Positions 26,501 to 41,500 of a stretch of DNA of 64,000 bases are shown here, one piece after another. Source of the stretch: Proteromonas lacertae (Eukaryota); assembly GCA_002245135.1 (NCBI GenBank), contig NGBS01000002.1, positions 1 to 64,000 on the forward strand, read 5' to 3'. The translations under genes and the position numbers were made by a program. Numbering within the stretch: the stretch's first letter is position 1; the number at the start of each line of letters is the position of its first letter. The notes under the pieces are model-generated. The model made no database searches. It was not told the DNA's origin and saw only the letters and a program-made list of their open reading frames with translations.

Positions 26501-29500
26501 GTGGAAGTATTATCATCAATATTGGTACTGGATATGCTGATAAAGGTGGAGATGTTAAACTTATCAGTGGTGATACTACATCCAAAGATGGAACTGGTGG
26601 TAATATATTATTTCAATCAGGTTCTGGTACTAATACATCATCTACAAGTGGATCTGGTGGTGATATTGAAGTGATTGGTGGTACTGGATATGGTATTAGC
26701 CCTAATAATACTGGAGGTAATGTTACGTTGAAAGCTGGTTATGGTATTGGTGGTCCAGGTGGAGCTATTGAGTTTATTTCTGGACAAGGAAGAATTCAAA
26801 GTGGTTCTATTAAGTTAAGTACTGCTGATTCTGGTTTATTAGGTAGTAGTGGTGCTATTTATATTGAAACTGGTAATACTCAATTATCTCCATCAGGTAA
26901 TATTTCATTTATTACTGGTAAAGCAATAGGTCAAAGTGGTAATATAACAATACATGGTGGTAATTCTGTTAATAAATTAGGTGGTGATATTAATATGACT
27001 GCTGGTAGTACAGTAGATGCAAGTCAATTAGGAGGTAATGTCACAATAACTTCTGGTGATTCTGAGAATGGTGATAGTGGTAATATTTATGTTGCTTCAA
27101 CTAGTTCTGAGAATACTGAACAATCTGGTTCTTTGTCATTTAAGACAGGAAATAGTGATTCTTATAGTGGATCTATTAAATTACATACTGGTAATACTAA
27201 GGATGGTTTGCCTGGATCTATTGTATTATCAAATGGTAAGAGTAATGCTGAAGTATCAGGCAGTATTGATATTAAAGCTGGAGATACTTTAGGTGAAGAA
27301 AAATCAGGAGGAGATATTGCAGTTCATGGTGGTAAAGGTAGTAATACTGATTTCTATTATGGATCAACTGGTGGAGATGTTGAATTTGTTGGTGGAGATT
27401 CACTAGGTCAAAGTCCTAATAATAAAGGAGGAGATGTTGCAATGAAAGGAGGTAAAGCTAATTATGGTGCTGGTGGTAGAATATTGATTGATACTGGCTA
27501 TTCTACTAGATACAATAGTGGTTATATTGAAATGTCTACTGCTAACTCAGGAACTAAAGGAAAGAGTGGTTCAATTGATATGCATACTGGAAATACAAGA
27601 TATGGTTCTTCTGGTTCAATAGCATTTAAGACTGGTGATTCATCAAAACATCAAGCTGGTGTTATTAATATAGATATTGGTTATTCCAATACTGATGGAG
27701 GTAGTATTAGATTTATTGCTGGTGCATCATTGATTGATAATGGTGGAGGTATTTCTTTAATCAGTGGTGAATCTGGTTACAGTAGTGGTGATATTAAGAT
27801 GAAAACAGCTGATTCTAATACAGTTGGTAGATTTGATATTAAAACAGGTGATTCAAAGAATGTTGAAAGTGGAAATATCAATTTAAAAACTGGTGAAGCA
27901 ATGACTTCAAGTGGTAATATAACAGTTGCTAGTGAAATAACAAATGTACATGATGGTGGTAAAATTGATATTAAAACAGGTGATTCAGAAAGTTCAAACG
28001 CTGGTAATATCACTATTCAAGGTGGTAATGCTGATGGTAATTTAGATACAAATGGTGCATCTGTTAGAATGAGAGCTGGTCATAGTTATGGATTGAATGA
28101 ATCTTATTCAGCTGGATCGTTTGTTATGGAAAGTGGTAATTCTACAAATGGATTACCTGGTGTTATTAATATTAAGACTGGAAGTGGTTATGAAGGTACT
28201 GGTTCAATTAATGTAGAAACAACACAATCTGGTGTAATTGGTACTTCAGGAAGTATTGGATTAAAGACTGGTAATGTTACTGAAGTTGGTAAAGCTGGAT
28301 ATATAGTAATTAACACTGGATCATCCAAAACACAAAGTGCTGGTAATATTTCGTTTGTAACTGGTAGTACTACAGTTGGTGAAAGTGGATCTATTACAAT
28401 GAAATCTGATAAGATTGAAATTAATGCTGGTAATGGTGTTAAATATCAAAAAGGAAGTCCAGGTAAAGGAGGCGATTTATCAATGAAATCAGGAAGTAGT
28501 ACTAATGGAACTAGTGGATCAATAGAATTCAAAACAGGAAGTTCAAAAGATAACAGTGGTTCTATTATATTAGAATCTGGCGCAAGCGAAAAACTATCTG
28601 GAAGTATTGCTATAAAGAGTGGTGAAGCTGGTAGTGATGGATATAGTGGTAATATCAATATGAAAACAGGAAAATCAGCGATTAGAGAGACAGGATCTGC
28701 TTTATTTAAGACTGGAGATTCCCATGATGAATTGTCTGGTAGTTTAACCATTAAAGGAGGTAATTCAAAAACATCAACTGGAAGTACAATCAAATTTGAA
28801 AGTGGTAGTACTTTATTAGGTAAAGAAGCTGGTGTAATTGAAATAAAATCAGGAAAAAGTAAATTTGGTAAAAGTGGAGATATTCAAATGTCAACTGCTA
28901 ACTCAAAATCAATTAAATCTGGTGATATGATGTTTAATACTGGAGATGCTGATAAAGAATCAGGTAAATTTACAATGAAAACTGGAAATAGTAAACAAAG
29001 TGGATCAATTGTTGGTAAAGCTGGAGATTCTAGTGATGGAAATGGAGGATCAGTTCATTTTGAATCTGGTTCTACAACAGGAGAAGATGCTAATGGCGGT
29101 AAAATTAATATTAAAGGTGGTGATGTAGAATCTGAAAAAGCTAATAGTGGTGTTGCTGGATCAGTATATTTTGAAGCTGGATCTACTAATAGTGTATTAA
29201 GTAATAGTACAGGTGGTTCTATTGATATTAATGCTGGTAATACAGCATATGGAAAAGGTGGTTCTGCAATTATTGAGTCTGGTTCAAGTAAAAGATCAGA
29301 TTCAGGTTATATTAAATTCGAAACTGGTAGTAATGATAATAACAAGATTACTGGTTCAATCAATATCACTACAGCTACAAGTACAAACACATCTGGTATT
29401 ATCACTATTGAAACAGGTAATTCAACCAAACAAGCTGGAAATATTGATTTTGTTGCTGGTAAATCCAATCATCAACAAGGAGGAAATGTATCTGTTAATA

Positions 29501-32500
29501 CTGGTTCAGGGAATGAAAGTGGTAATATAATGTTTAAAGCTGGAAAGAGTAATACAACAAGTGGAAATATTGATATTAAAACACCATCTTCTGTTGAACA
29601 ATCTGGATCAATCAAATTCAATACTGGAGATGGTAATAAAGCTGGTGATATAAAGATTATATCTGATTCAAACTCTTCTTATGTTGAAATTAATATGATT
29701 GCAGGAAATAGTAAAATTGAAGAAGGTGGTTATATTAAGATCAATGCTGGTGCATCTGAGAATAAACAAGGAGGATCTGTTGAATTGATTAGTAAAGATG
29801 GAATGAATGTTAAAACATCATCTTCAAAACAACATAGTGGATCAATGAACTTCAATACTGGTGATTCAAAAGATAGTAACTCTGGTGATATTAATATACA
29901 AACTGGATCTTATGGTGATTCAAAAGTAGGTGATATAAATATTCAAACAGGAGACGGTGATAGAAATAAAGGTGGTGATATTAAGTTTTCTGCTTCAAAT
30001 ACAACATCAAAAGATGGTAAAGCTGGTGATATATCCATCAAATCAGGAAGTAATGAAGATGGAGGAATTGCAGGAAATATGACTTTTGAATCTGGTTCAA
30101 GTTTAGATAAATCATCAACTGGCGGAAATATAGAAGTATCTGGAGGTAATAGTTTATCTGGAAATGGTGGTGATGTTGAAATGCAATCTGGTAATGGTAC
30201 ATCTAAAACAGGTGATATTACATTAGAAACTGGTTCATCTCAAAAAATAAGTGGTAATATCTCGATCACTACAAGTAATGCTAGATTTGAATCAGGTAAT
30301 ATTACAATAGAAACAAAAGAATCAAATAATACTTCAGGATCTATTTCATTCAATATTAATAAAGCCAATAAAGTAGGTGGAAATATTACTGTTACAGCAG
30401 GTAAAGGAACTTATAGTCAAGGTGGAAATATTGATGTAAAAGGAAACAATGTTGATTTTGTTGGTAATCAAGGAATTGAACAAAGTGGAAATATTAATAT
30501 TAATACTGGTGATTCTATATCATCTCCATCAGGTAGTATTAAAGTTCATACAGGTGAAAGTAATGGTGAAGGTGGTAATATTGGTTTTAAAGCTGGAAAT
30601 ACTTTATCTGAAGAAGGAAGTAAAATAGTTTTTTCAAGTGGTAATTCAACTGCCTATGATGGAATTGGAGGAGATTTAATAGTTGAATCTGGATCAGGAA
30701 CAAGTAAAGGAGGTGATCTATTAATGTCAAGTGGAGATAGTAATACAACTAAACCAACCATTGCAGTAAATATTAATACAGGTTCATCTACTACAGAGAA
30801 TAGTGGATCTCTTAGATTTAAGAGTGGAGAAGCTGGAAATAATGGTATTTCTGGTGATATAAACATACAAACAAGTGATTCATTACTATCATCTGGTGAT
30901 ATGATTATTAATTCAGGAAAAAGTAAAGATAATAGTGGTGCTATAAATATGAAAACTGGAGATGGTAAAATAACAGGTAGTTTAGATATTACAACAGGTG
31001 ATAGTGAATCAAAGAAATCTGGAACTATAAAGTTTGAAACTGGTTCATCTAATTTAATTGCTGGTTCTATTAAGATAGAAACTGGTAAATCTGATAATCA
31101 ATCAGGAGATATAAAGATGAATGCTGGTAAAGGATTAGGAGATTCAACTGATGGTGGAAAGATCGAAATGATTTCTGGAAGTAGTTTAAAAGGTGAAAGT
31201 GGTAAAATAAATATTAATACTGGTAAAGGAAAAGAATCTGGTTCTATTTTAATAGAAACTGGAGAATCAAAGAAGGATAATAGTGGAAATATTAGATTTG
31301 AAACTGGATCATCTGTGAATAATGCTGCTGGTTCTATGTTTATTGAAATTGGAGAATCTATTAATAGTGAAGGTGGAAGAATAGTTATTAATTCAGGTTC
31401 TTCAAATGGTAATAAAGGTGGAGATATTAATGTAAGAACTGGTAAAAGTTTACAAAGTGGAAGTGGAACAATTAAGTTAATATCTGGTGAAGGTAAGAAA
31501 TCTGGAAACATTCAATTAAAATCAGGAAATGGTGAAATAATAAGTGGTAATGTTGAATTTAAATCAGGTGATGCTAAAGATATTGCTGGTTCAATAGTCA
31601 TTGAAACCGGTTATTCTGAAAGTGGTGAAACTGGTAGTTTAGAATTTAAAGGTGGATCTTCAAAAGGTACAAAAGCTGGAGATGTAAATCTATCATCTTC
31701 TAATAATGTTAATATTGAAACTGGTAAAACTAATGGATATGCTAAATCTGGTAATATTGATATAGAAACAGCTTATTCATCTCAAGTTACAGGAAATGTA
31801 GAAATTGTGACAGGTGATTCTCGTATATTGAAAGCTGGAGATTTACATGTTAAAGTCGGTGATGCTAAGAATGTAGGTGGCGATGTTAATTTCAAAGCAG
31901 GAAATGTTATTCCAGATGTTGATAATACTAAAACTGTAGGTGGAAAAATATCATTAAGTACTTCCAAAAAGATTAATACATCCAGTGGAAAAATAGTGAT
32001 TAACACCAATGATGGAGGTGCAAGTGGATCAATAAAGTTAGAAACAGGTGATAGTGAGAAAGGATCATCTGGTGATATAAATATTGATGTTGGTTCAAGC
32101 AATTCTTCTGAAAGTGGTTCAATGGAAATAAAAGCTGGTTCAAGTTTAAGTGGGAAAGGAGGTAAGATTTTAATAAATGCCGAAAGTGGTAAAATCGAAT
32201 TATTGAGTAATGATGGTATGAAAGGAAGTGGTTCAATCAATATGAGTAGTTATGGTGAAATCTTAATTGAAAGTGGTTACAATAACAGTAAATCTAACAG
32301 TAGTATAATTTCGTTTAAGACAGGTGATAGTTCAAAGATGGGAAGTGGTTCAATTTCTATTGAAGGTGGAAACAATACTAAAAGTACAGGAAGTTCAATT
32401 CGAATGATTGGTGGTGAATCAATAAATGGAAATGGAGGCAATATTAGTTTATCAAGTGGAAATTCTGAAGAGGATCAAGGTGGAAATCTAATAATCGAAA

Positions 32501-35500
32501 GTGAGAAATCTTTGAATGGAACAAGTGGTTCAATATTGATAAGTAGCTCCAAAGGCAAAGACAGTGGTGATATTGAAATCGAGAGTGAAGAAAGTGAATT
32601 ATCGTCAAGTGGTTCAATCAATGTGAAAATTGGTTCTAGTTCTGGTGAAAGTGGAAATATAACCTTTATGAGTGGAATAAGTGAAGAAAGTGATGGAAGT
32701 GAAATTTTAATCGAAAGTGGTAAAAGTAAATCTACAAGTGGTTCAATAAAATTCGAGAGTGGAAATGGTGTAACCAGTGGATCAATAACGTTGAAGAGTT
32801 CTGATTCCTTATCAAGTGGTGAATTATTGATGGAAAGTGGATCTAGTAATTCCAGTTCTGGCGATGTGAATGTGAAGAGTGGAAGTGGAAAAGAGATGAG
32901 TGGATCAATCTTATTGAAAGGAGGAAACAGTACAAATGTAGGTGGATCAATAAATTTTGAAGCTGGAAATGGAGATGAAAAAGGTGGAAATTTGACTTTA
33001 AGAAGTGGATCAAGTCAAAAAGAAAGTGGAAATATAAAACTGTCAAGTGGAAATGGTTTAATAAGTGGATCAATCATATTAGAAAGTAAATCTTCTCAAA
33101 ATATTTCATTGAAGAGTGGATCTGGAAATTACAGTGGAATAATCTCATTTAAGAGTGGTGAAGAAGGTGGTTCAATCTCAATGCGAGGAGGTAAATCAGA
33201 AGTAAATAGTGGTTCAATCAAATTATCTAGTGGTTCAAGTGATGATAAGAGTGGATCAATTGATATAAAGAGTGGATCTGGAATAGAGAGTGGTTCAATA
33301 AAGATTGAGAGTGGTATAAGTGAAGAAAAGAGTGGTTCAATATCTTTGAAAAGTGGAGATAGTTCTAAATCTCAAAGTGGTGATATAATATTTGAGAATG
33401 GTAAAAGTATGAAAGAAGGAAGTTCAATCTTATTAAGTAGTGGAAACAGTAGTTTATCTGATGGTGGTAATATTTTAATGGAAAGTGGTGAAAGTATGAA
33501 AAATGAAAGTGGACTAATCTCTATTCGTAGTTCTGATAGTGATCTAGGTGAAAGTGGAAAGATCTCCTTGACAACAGGTGTAAGTGATAAAGAAAGTGGC
33601 AATATCAGTATCAGTAGTAGTGGTAATTTCAATGAAAGTGGTTCAATTGAATTTGAGAGTGGTTCCATGAAGAATGGAGGAATAAGTGGTTCAATAAAAT
33701 TAAAGAGTGGAATGAATAAAGGTAGTAATATCGAAATAAGTGAAAGTAATGAAATTGCTGGAAGTAATATAACAATGTCCAGTGGAGTAGGTGATAGTTT
33801 AGGAGGAGATTTGTTAATATCTAGTGGAAATTCCTCAATGATAGGTGGTAATATAACAATTCATTCTGGTTCTAAAAATGAAAGTGGTTCAATAAAGATA
33901 TCTAGTAAATCTAGTTCCTATATAAGTGGATCAGTGGAATTAAGAAGTGGTATATCAAAATCTGGAAATAGTGGATCAATCGATATAGAAGGAGGTGATG
34001 TAAAAAATAAGAATGGTGGATCAGGTGGTTCCGTTGAATTCGTAGGAGGTAATTCCAAATCTTTATACAGTAGTGGAGGTAATATTGAAATGAATGGAGG
34101 TGAAAGTGAAAATGGAGTTGGAGGTAGTGTTCATTTGAAAAGTGGAAAGAATGGTGGAATAATTGAGATTGAAAGTGGTTCAAGTAAAGGTAATACAAAT
34201 CGTGAATCTAATAGTGGTTCAATTCGACTATCGAGTAGTGGAAGTGAGATGGGAATAGGAGGAAATTTAAATATCCGAAGTGGAGATGGTTTATCTAGTG
34301 GTAAAATCTCAATTGAAAGTGGTAAATCTGATTTAAAATCTGGAAATCTAAACATCAATGTTGGAAATGGAATAAATGAAGGTAAAATAGTTGTGAATAC
34401 AAAAGAAGCTGATATGAAATCTGGTTCAATAGATATTCAGACTGGTGATGCCGTTTCTACTACTGGTAGTATTGCTATTTTAACTGAAAATATTGAATTA
34501 TCAACATCAGGTGCTAAGAATATTTCAAGTGGAAGAATAGTGATAGGTACAAGTGATGGTGATATTAGTGGATCAATAAAGTTAGAAACAGGTGATAGTG
34601 AGAAAGGATCATCTGGTGATATAAATATTGATGTTGGTTCAAGCAATTCTTCTGAAAGTGGTTCAATGGAAATAAAAGCTGGTTCAAGTTTAAGTGGGAA
34701 AGGAGGTAAGATTTTAATAAATGCCGAAAGTGGTAAAATCGAATTATTGAGTAATGATGGTATGAAAGGAAGTGGTTCAATCAATATGAGTAGTTATGGT
34801 GAAATCTTAATTGAAAGTGGTTACAATAACAGTAAATCTAACAGTAGTATAATTTCGTTTAAGACAGGTGATAGTTCAAAGATGGGAAGTGGTTCAATTT
34901 CTATTGAAGGTGGAAACAATACTAAAAGTACAGGAAGTTCAATTCGAATGATTGGTGGTGAATCAATAAATGGAAATGGAGGCAATATTAGTTTATCAAG
35001 TGGAAATTCTGAAGAGGATCAAGGTGGAAATCTAATAATCGAAAGTGAGAAATCTTTGAATGGAACAAGTGGTTCAATATTGATAAGTAGCTCCAAAGGC
35101 AAAGACAGTGGTGATATTGAAATCGAGAGTGAAGAAAGTGAATTATCGTCAAGTGGTTCAATCAATGTGAAAATTGGTTCTAGTTCTGGTGAAAGTGGAA
35201 ATATAACCTTTATGAGTGGAATAAGTGAAGAAAGTGATGGAAGTGAAATTTTAATCGAAAGTGGTAAAAGTAAATCTACAAGTGGTTCAATAAAATTCGA
35301 GAGTGGAAATGGTGTAACCAGTGGATCAATAACGTTGAAGAGTTCTGATTCCTTATCAAGTGGTGAATTATTGATGGAAAGTGGATCTAGTAATTCCAGT
35401 TCTGGCGATGTGAATGTGAAGAGTGGAAGTGGAAAAGAGATGAGTGGATCAATCTTATTGAAAGGAGGAAACAGTACAAATGTAGGTGGATCAATAAATT

Positions 35501-38500
35501 TTGAAGCTGGAAATGGAGATGAAAAAGGTGGAAATTTGACTTTAAGAAGTGGATCAAGTCAAAAAGAAAGTGGAAATATAAAACTGTCAAGTGGAAATGG
35601 TTTAATAAGTGGATCAATCATATTAGAAAGTAAATCTTCTCAAAATATTTCATTGAAGAGTGGATCTGGAAATTACAGTGGAATAATCTCATTTAAGAGT
35701 GGTGAAGAAGGTGGTTCAATCTCAATGCGAGGAGGTAAATCAGAAGTAAATAGTGGTTCAATCAAATTATCTAGTGGTTCAAGTGATGATAAGAGTGGAT
35801 CAATTGATATAAAGAGTGGATCTGGAATAGAGAGTGGTTCAATAAAGATTGAGAGTGGTATAAGTGAAGAAAAGAGTGGTTCAATATCTTTGAAAAGTGG
35901 AGATAGTTCTAAATCTCAAAGTGGTGATATAATATTTGAGAATGGTAAAAGTATGAAAGAAGGAAGTTCAATCTTATTAAGTAGTGGAAACAGTAGTTTA
36001 TCTGATGGTGGTAATATTTTAATGGAAAGTGGTGAAAGTATGAAAAATGAAAGTGGACTAATCTCTATTCGTAGTTCTGATAGTGATCTAGGTGAAAGTG
36101 GAAAGATCTCCTTGACAACAGGTGTAAGTGATAAAGAAAGTGGCAATATCAGTATCAGTAGTAGTGGTAATTTCAATGAAAGTGGTTCAATTGAATTTGA
36201 GAGTGGTTCCATGAAGAATGGAGGAATAAGTGGTTCAATAAAATTAAAGAGTGGAATGAATAAAGGTAGTAATATCGAAATAAGTGAAAGTAATGAAATT
36301 GCTGGAAGTAATATAACAATGTCCAGTGGAGTAGGTGATAGTTTAGGAGGAGATTTGTTAATATCTAGTGGAAATTCCTCAATGATAGGTGGTAATATAA
36401 CAATTCATTCTGGTTCTAAAAATGAAAGTGGTTCAATAAAGATATCTAGTAAATCTAGTTCCTATATAAGTGGATCAGTGGAATTAAGAAGTGGTATATC
36501 AAAATCTGGAAATAGTGGATCAATCGATATAGAAGGAGGTGATGTAAAAAATAAGAATGGTGGATCAGGTGGTTCCGTTGAATTCGTAGGAGGTAATTCC
36601 AAATCTTTATACAGTAGTGGAGGTAATATTGAAATGAATGGAGGTGAAAGTGAAAATGGAGTTGGAGGTAGTGTTCATTTGAAAAGTGGAAAGAATGGTG
36701 GAATAATTGAGATTGAAAGTGGTTCAAGTAAAGGTAATACAAATCGTGAATCTAATAGTGGTTCAATTCGACTATCGAGTAGTGGAAGTGAGATGGGAAT
36801 AGGAGGAAATTTAAATATCCGAAGTGGAGATGGTTTATCTAGTGGTAAAATCTCAATTGAAAGTGGTAAATCTGATTTAAAATCTGGAAATCTAAATATC
36901 AAAACTGGTGGAGGTAAATCCTCTGGAAGTATTAAATTTGAATCAAAAGATGCTCCAATTACTGGATCTATAAAGATCGAAACTGGTGAAGCACTATCTA
37001 ATACTCCAATAATTGATAAAAATAATCAACAAGTCAATAGTATGTCAGGTAATATCACTGCTATTACTGGTGCTAATAAATTCAATGAAAGTGGTTCGAT
37101 ATTATTGCAATCAGGTAATTCAGATAAATCAGGTGAAGTTAATATCCGAACTGGTAATTCTGATGATAATTCTGGTTATATTAAGATGAAAGCTGGTGAT
37201 GCTAATAGAATACCAGGTAGTATTAATATTAAAACTGGTGATAGTAAAAATGGTAATGCTGGTAGTATAAATGTATTAGGAAATGCAACAGATTTAGCTG
37301 GTGCTAATATTAATTTACTATCAGGAAGTGGAAGCAATGATTCAGCAAGTGGAAGTATTTCATTCACTACAGGAAATGATAAATCTAAAATCTCAGGATC
37401 AATTGATATTGAAACTGGTAGTACAGCCAAAACCTCATCTGGTTCAATTGAATTTATTACTGGTAATGCAGCTGAAGGAAATGCTGGTTATATTTTAATA
37501 AAAGTAGGTAAATCAAAATCATCAGAAGGAAAAGAATTGTTAATCGAAAGTGGTTCATCTAAGAAAATGGGTGGTTCTATTAAATTAAAGAGTGGATCTG
37601 GTAAAATTTCAGGAGGTATTTATATCCAATCAGCTGATGGTAAACAATCAGGAAACATCAATATGAAAACAGGAAATGCTGAATACAAATCTGGAGATAT
37701 GAATTTAAAGAGTGGAAGTGGTGGTATATACGGTGGTAAATTGAATATTAAGACAGGAACAAGTACAGCAAAGAAAGGAGCTGATGTAGCAATTCATGCT
37801 GGTGATTTATATGTTGATTCAAATATGCCATATAATTTTGTATCAGGTGGTGATTTATCTGTTGAAACTGGTTCAGGAAATGAAGGAAGAAGTGGTTCAA
37901 TGTATTTTGAAACACAAAAAAGCGAAAAGAGAGGAAAAAGTGGAGATATTGTGTTTGAAACTGGTGATGTAAAAGATGCAATAGCTGGATCAATAATTAT
38001 TCAAACTGGTAATTCAACAGATGAAGGAGTCAGTGGTAATATTTCCTTGAAGGTAAATGATGGTGTTAATGGTGCTGGTTCAATTAATATGAAAGCTGGA
38101 ACTTCTCTTAGTGAAAATGGTGGTAATTTTATATTAGAAACTGGTTCAAGTGGTAATTTTAGTGGTAATATCAATTTGAAGAGTGGTGATGGAAAATCAA
38201 AAGCTGGTTCAATATTCATTGAAACTGGTGAAGGTAAAAAACAATCTGGTAATTTGACTATTAATACTGGTGATGCTGATAAAGAAAGTGGATCAATAGA
38301 AGTTCATGGTGGTAAATCAGATAATGGAATTGCTGGTTCAATTGATATGAAAGCTGGAGATAGTAGAACTAAAGAAGGTGGATCAATATTAGTTAAAAGT
38401 GGTAATGGTACAACAGGTGGAAATATAGTAATGAAAACATCCAGTAAAAAAGGATCTTCAGTATCAATGAAAATAGGAGATGGAAGAGATGGTTCTTCAT

Positions 38501-41500
38501 TCAAATTGATTGATTTCAATAGTACAGTTAGAGTGAATATTCAAGATAAAGGTGCAATGCATCTAGAAACTTTAGCCAATGAAACTATTAATGAAATAAT
38601 TGGTGGATCAAAGACAGTTGAGTTAAGTCAATTGAAATCTGAATGGAAAATTAGACATGATTATGCTGAAGGATTAGAAGGACCTCTTCGTACAGTATTT
38701 AGAGTCCAATCCAATAAAATATTCTCTCATGTTCCACATCAAATAGTTGAAGATATTTATCCATCTGATAGACGTATTAAAGAGAATATTGAAACAATCA
38801 ATGTGGATGATATGCTACAACGTTTAATGAGTTTAAAGATCAAATCTTACACTTATACACAAGAATGGATTAAAGTTCGTGAAATGAAATCTGGTGATTG
38901 GGGTACAGATCAAAGTCATCCAGTTCGTGGTGTTATAGCTCAAGAAGTAAATCAAACATTCCCTGAATATATTATTTATGATGAGAAATATGAAATTCCT
39001 GAAAAGAACTTCTCAATTTCTAGTTTCCTTGAAGTTAATAAGATTCGAATGGCTGTTGATGAACTTGCAGCATTACAAGCAATATATAAGAGATTTACAA
39101 TTGTTAAAAATACTGATCGATCAAGTGATTTAGTTGTTTCATCATCCAATGCAACTGATTATAATGTAGAATCATCAGGATCATTGACATTCAGTTCAGG
39201 TAAGACCAATACTGGTATTGTAGGTGATTTTTCTGTAAAGACTGGAAATGGTAAGATTAAAGCAGGAGATATTGTTTTCCAACCTGGAACATCTGCTGGT
39301 GAAATTGGTAGAATCATTATACAAGCTGGTGAATCATTTAGTGGTTATTATACAGGTGGTGATGTATTGATTGATTCAGGTAAATCAGAAACTGAAAATA
39401 GTGGTGATGTTTTAATAATTACTGCTGAATCAATGAATACTGGAAGTTTATCAGTTGTAAGTGGAAAAGCATATAATGGTAAGAGTGGTGATATAACAAT
39501 GAATAGTGGTAAATCATCAGAATCATCTGGCGATTTTTACTTGTCTACTGGAAATAGTATCCAAGCAACACCAGGAAAAATAGTCATTAATACAGGTACT
39601 TCATCTAATGGTGAAAGTGGTAGTATTTATATAGCTTCAGGTTCAGGAAGTCAAAGTTCTGGTGTAATTGTGATAGAAACATATACAAACAAGATAAGTG
39701 GTAGTATTAATATCAATACTGGTATTAGTAATAATGATATGTCTGGTAGTATTGATTTTATTGGATCTGAAGTGAATGTTATTCCAGGTGATTCTGTAGA
39801 GAAAGCTGGATCATTAAATGTAAAAGCAGGTAATGCAATTTATACTGGTGGAAGTATTAGAATTGAAAGTGGTGAAGGTAATGATAAATCTGGATCTACT
39901 TTAATAGCAACAGGGCAAAGTGGAGAGAAGAGTGGTTCAATAACATTTGAAACTGGAGATTCAATTACAAATGATGCTGCAAATATTCGAATTGAAACTG
40001 GTAAATCTGGTAGAGAATCAGGTCAAATAATGATTGAAAGTGGTGCAGGTGTGATTCCTGGTTCAATAGCGATTGATGCTGGTTCTTCTAATAGTATTGG
40101 TGGATCTATATCCGTTCATTCAGGTAATTCTCTAAACAAAAAGAGTGGAGATGTTTCATTAGAAACATCAGAATCAAGTAAAACAAGTGGAAATATCTTA
40201 GTTAATACTGGTAAAGGTGAATCTACAAGTGGAAATATCCTTATTAAATCAGGTGATTCTAAAGAATCTAGTGGTAATATAACAATCAATGCTGGTGATA
40301 ATAAATATGATGGTAGTTCAGTTTATTTCGAAGCTGGAAAAGGCAATAAATTAGGTGGTGGTTCAATTGACATTAAATCAGGATATTCGGATAATAAGAG
40401 TGGTTATATAAGTATTACAACTGCAGAATCTAAATTTGGAAGTGGTTCATTATCTATCAAAACAGGTGAAAGAACCACCAACTCAGGATCAATCAAATTA
40501 GCAACAGGTGAAAGTAATATGATAAGTGGTTCAATAAAGATTAAAAGTGGAAATAGTGATGAGGATACAGGTTCAATTAGTTTTACAACAGGAAAGAGTA
40601 TGAATTCTTTATCTGGAGCATCACTTGTATTAGAATCATCTACTGAATCTGGTACAATTAAATTAAAATCTGCTTCAGGATTATCAGTTGGTGGATCTAT
40701 TGATATAACATCTAAAAATACTGTAAATGGAGGTGATATTAAATTAACAACAAAAGGATTAGAAACATCAGGAAGTATTGAATTTAGAACTTCCAATAGC
40801 AGAGGTAATAGTGGTAAAATCAAAGTAGCTACAGGTGATTCGACATACAATTCTGGTAAGATTGATGTATCATCATCATCAATTGAAATAAAAGGTGGAG
40901 AATCAAATAGTGCAAAACAAGGTGGAAATGTAGAATTTGTAGCAAGTGGAAAGAGAGACGGTGTAAGTGGAAATATTGAAGTTAAAGCTGGTGATAGTAC
41001 TCATAGTAAAGGTGGATCGTTGAATATTGAAAGTGGTTTTGGTTCAGATGATGGTGGTTTATTAGCATTCTTGAATATGAATGGAGGTATTTATATCAAT
41101 ACTCCAGAATCTAAGTCAAGTGGAGATATTAAAATTAGTTTAGAAAAGAGTGAAGTTTCAGGCAATATTACATTTATGAATGAAAATAAGAGTGGTAATA
41201 AAGTATTAACTATTGAGACTGGTTCTGGTCAATCAAAATCAGGAGTTATTGATATTGAAGGTGGATCGAGTGCATTAATAGGTGGTAATGTAACTGTCAA
41301 TGTTGTTACATCAAAATCAACAAATATTGGCAATTTAAAAATTGAAAGTGGTTATTCTAAATTACAAACAGGTAGTATTAGTATTAATACTACAGATTCA
41401 AGAGTAAGTGGTAATATTAATATCAAAACAGGTGATTCTGATAAAACAGGAAATATAGTAATAAAAGCTTCTGATATTAGTATGAAATTAGGTAAATCAG

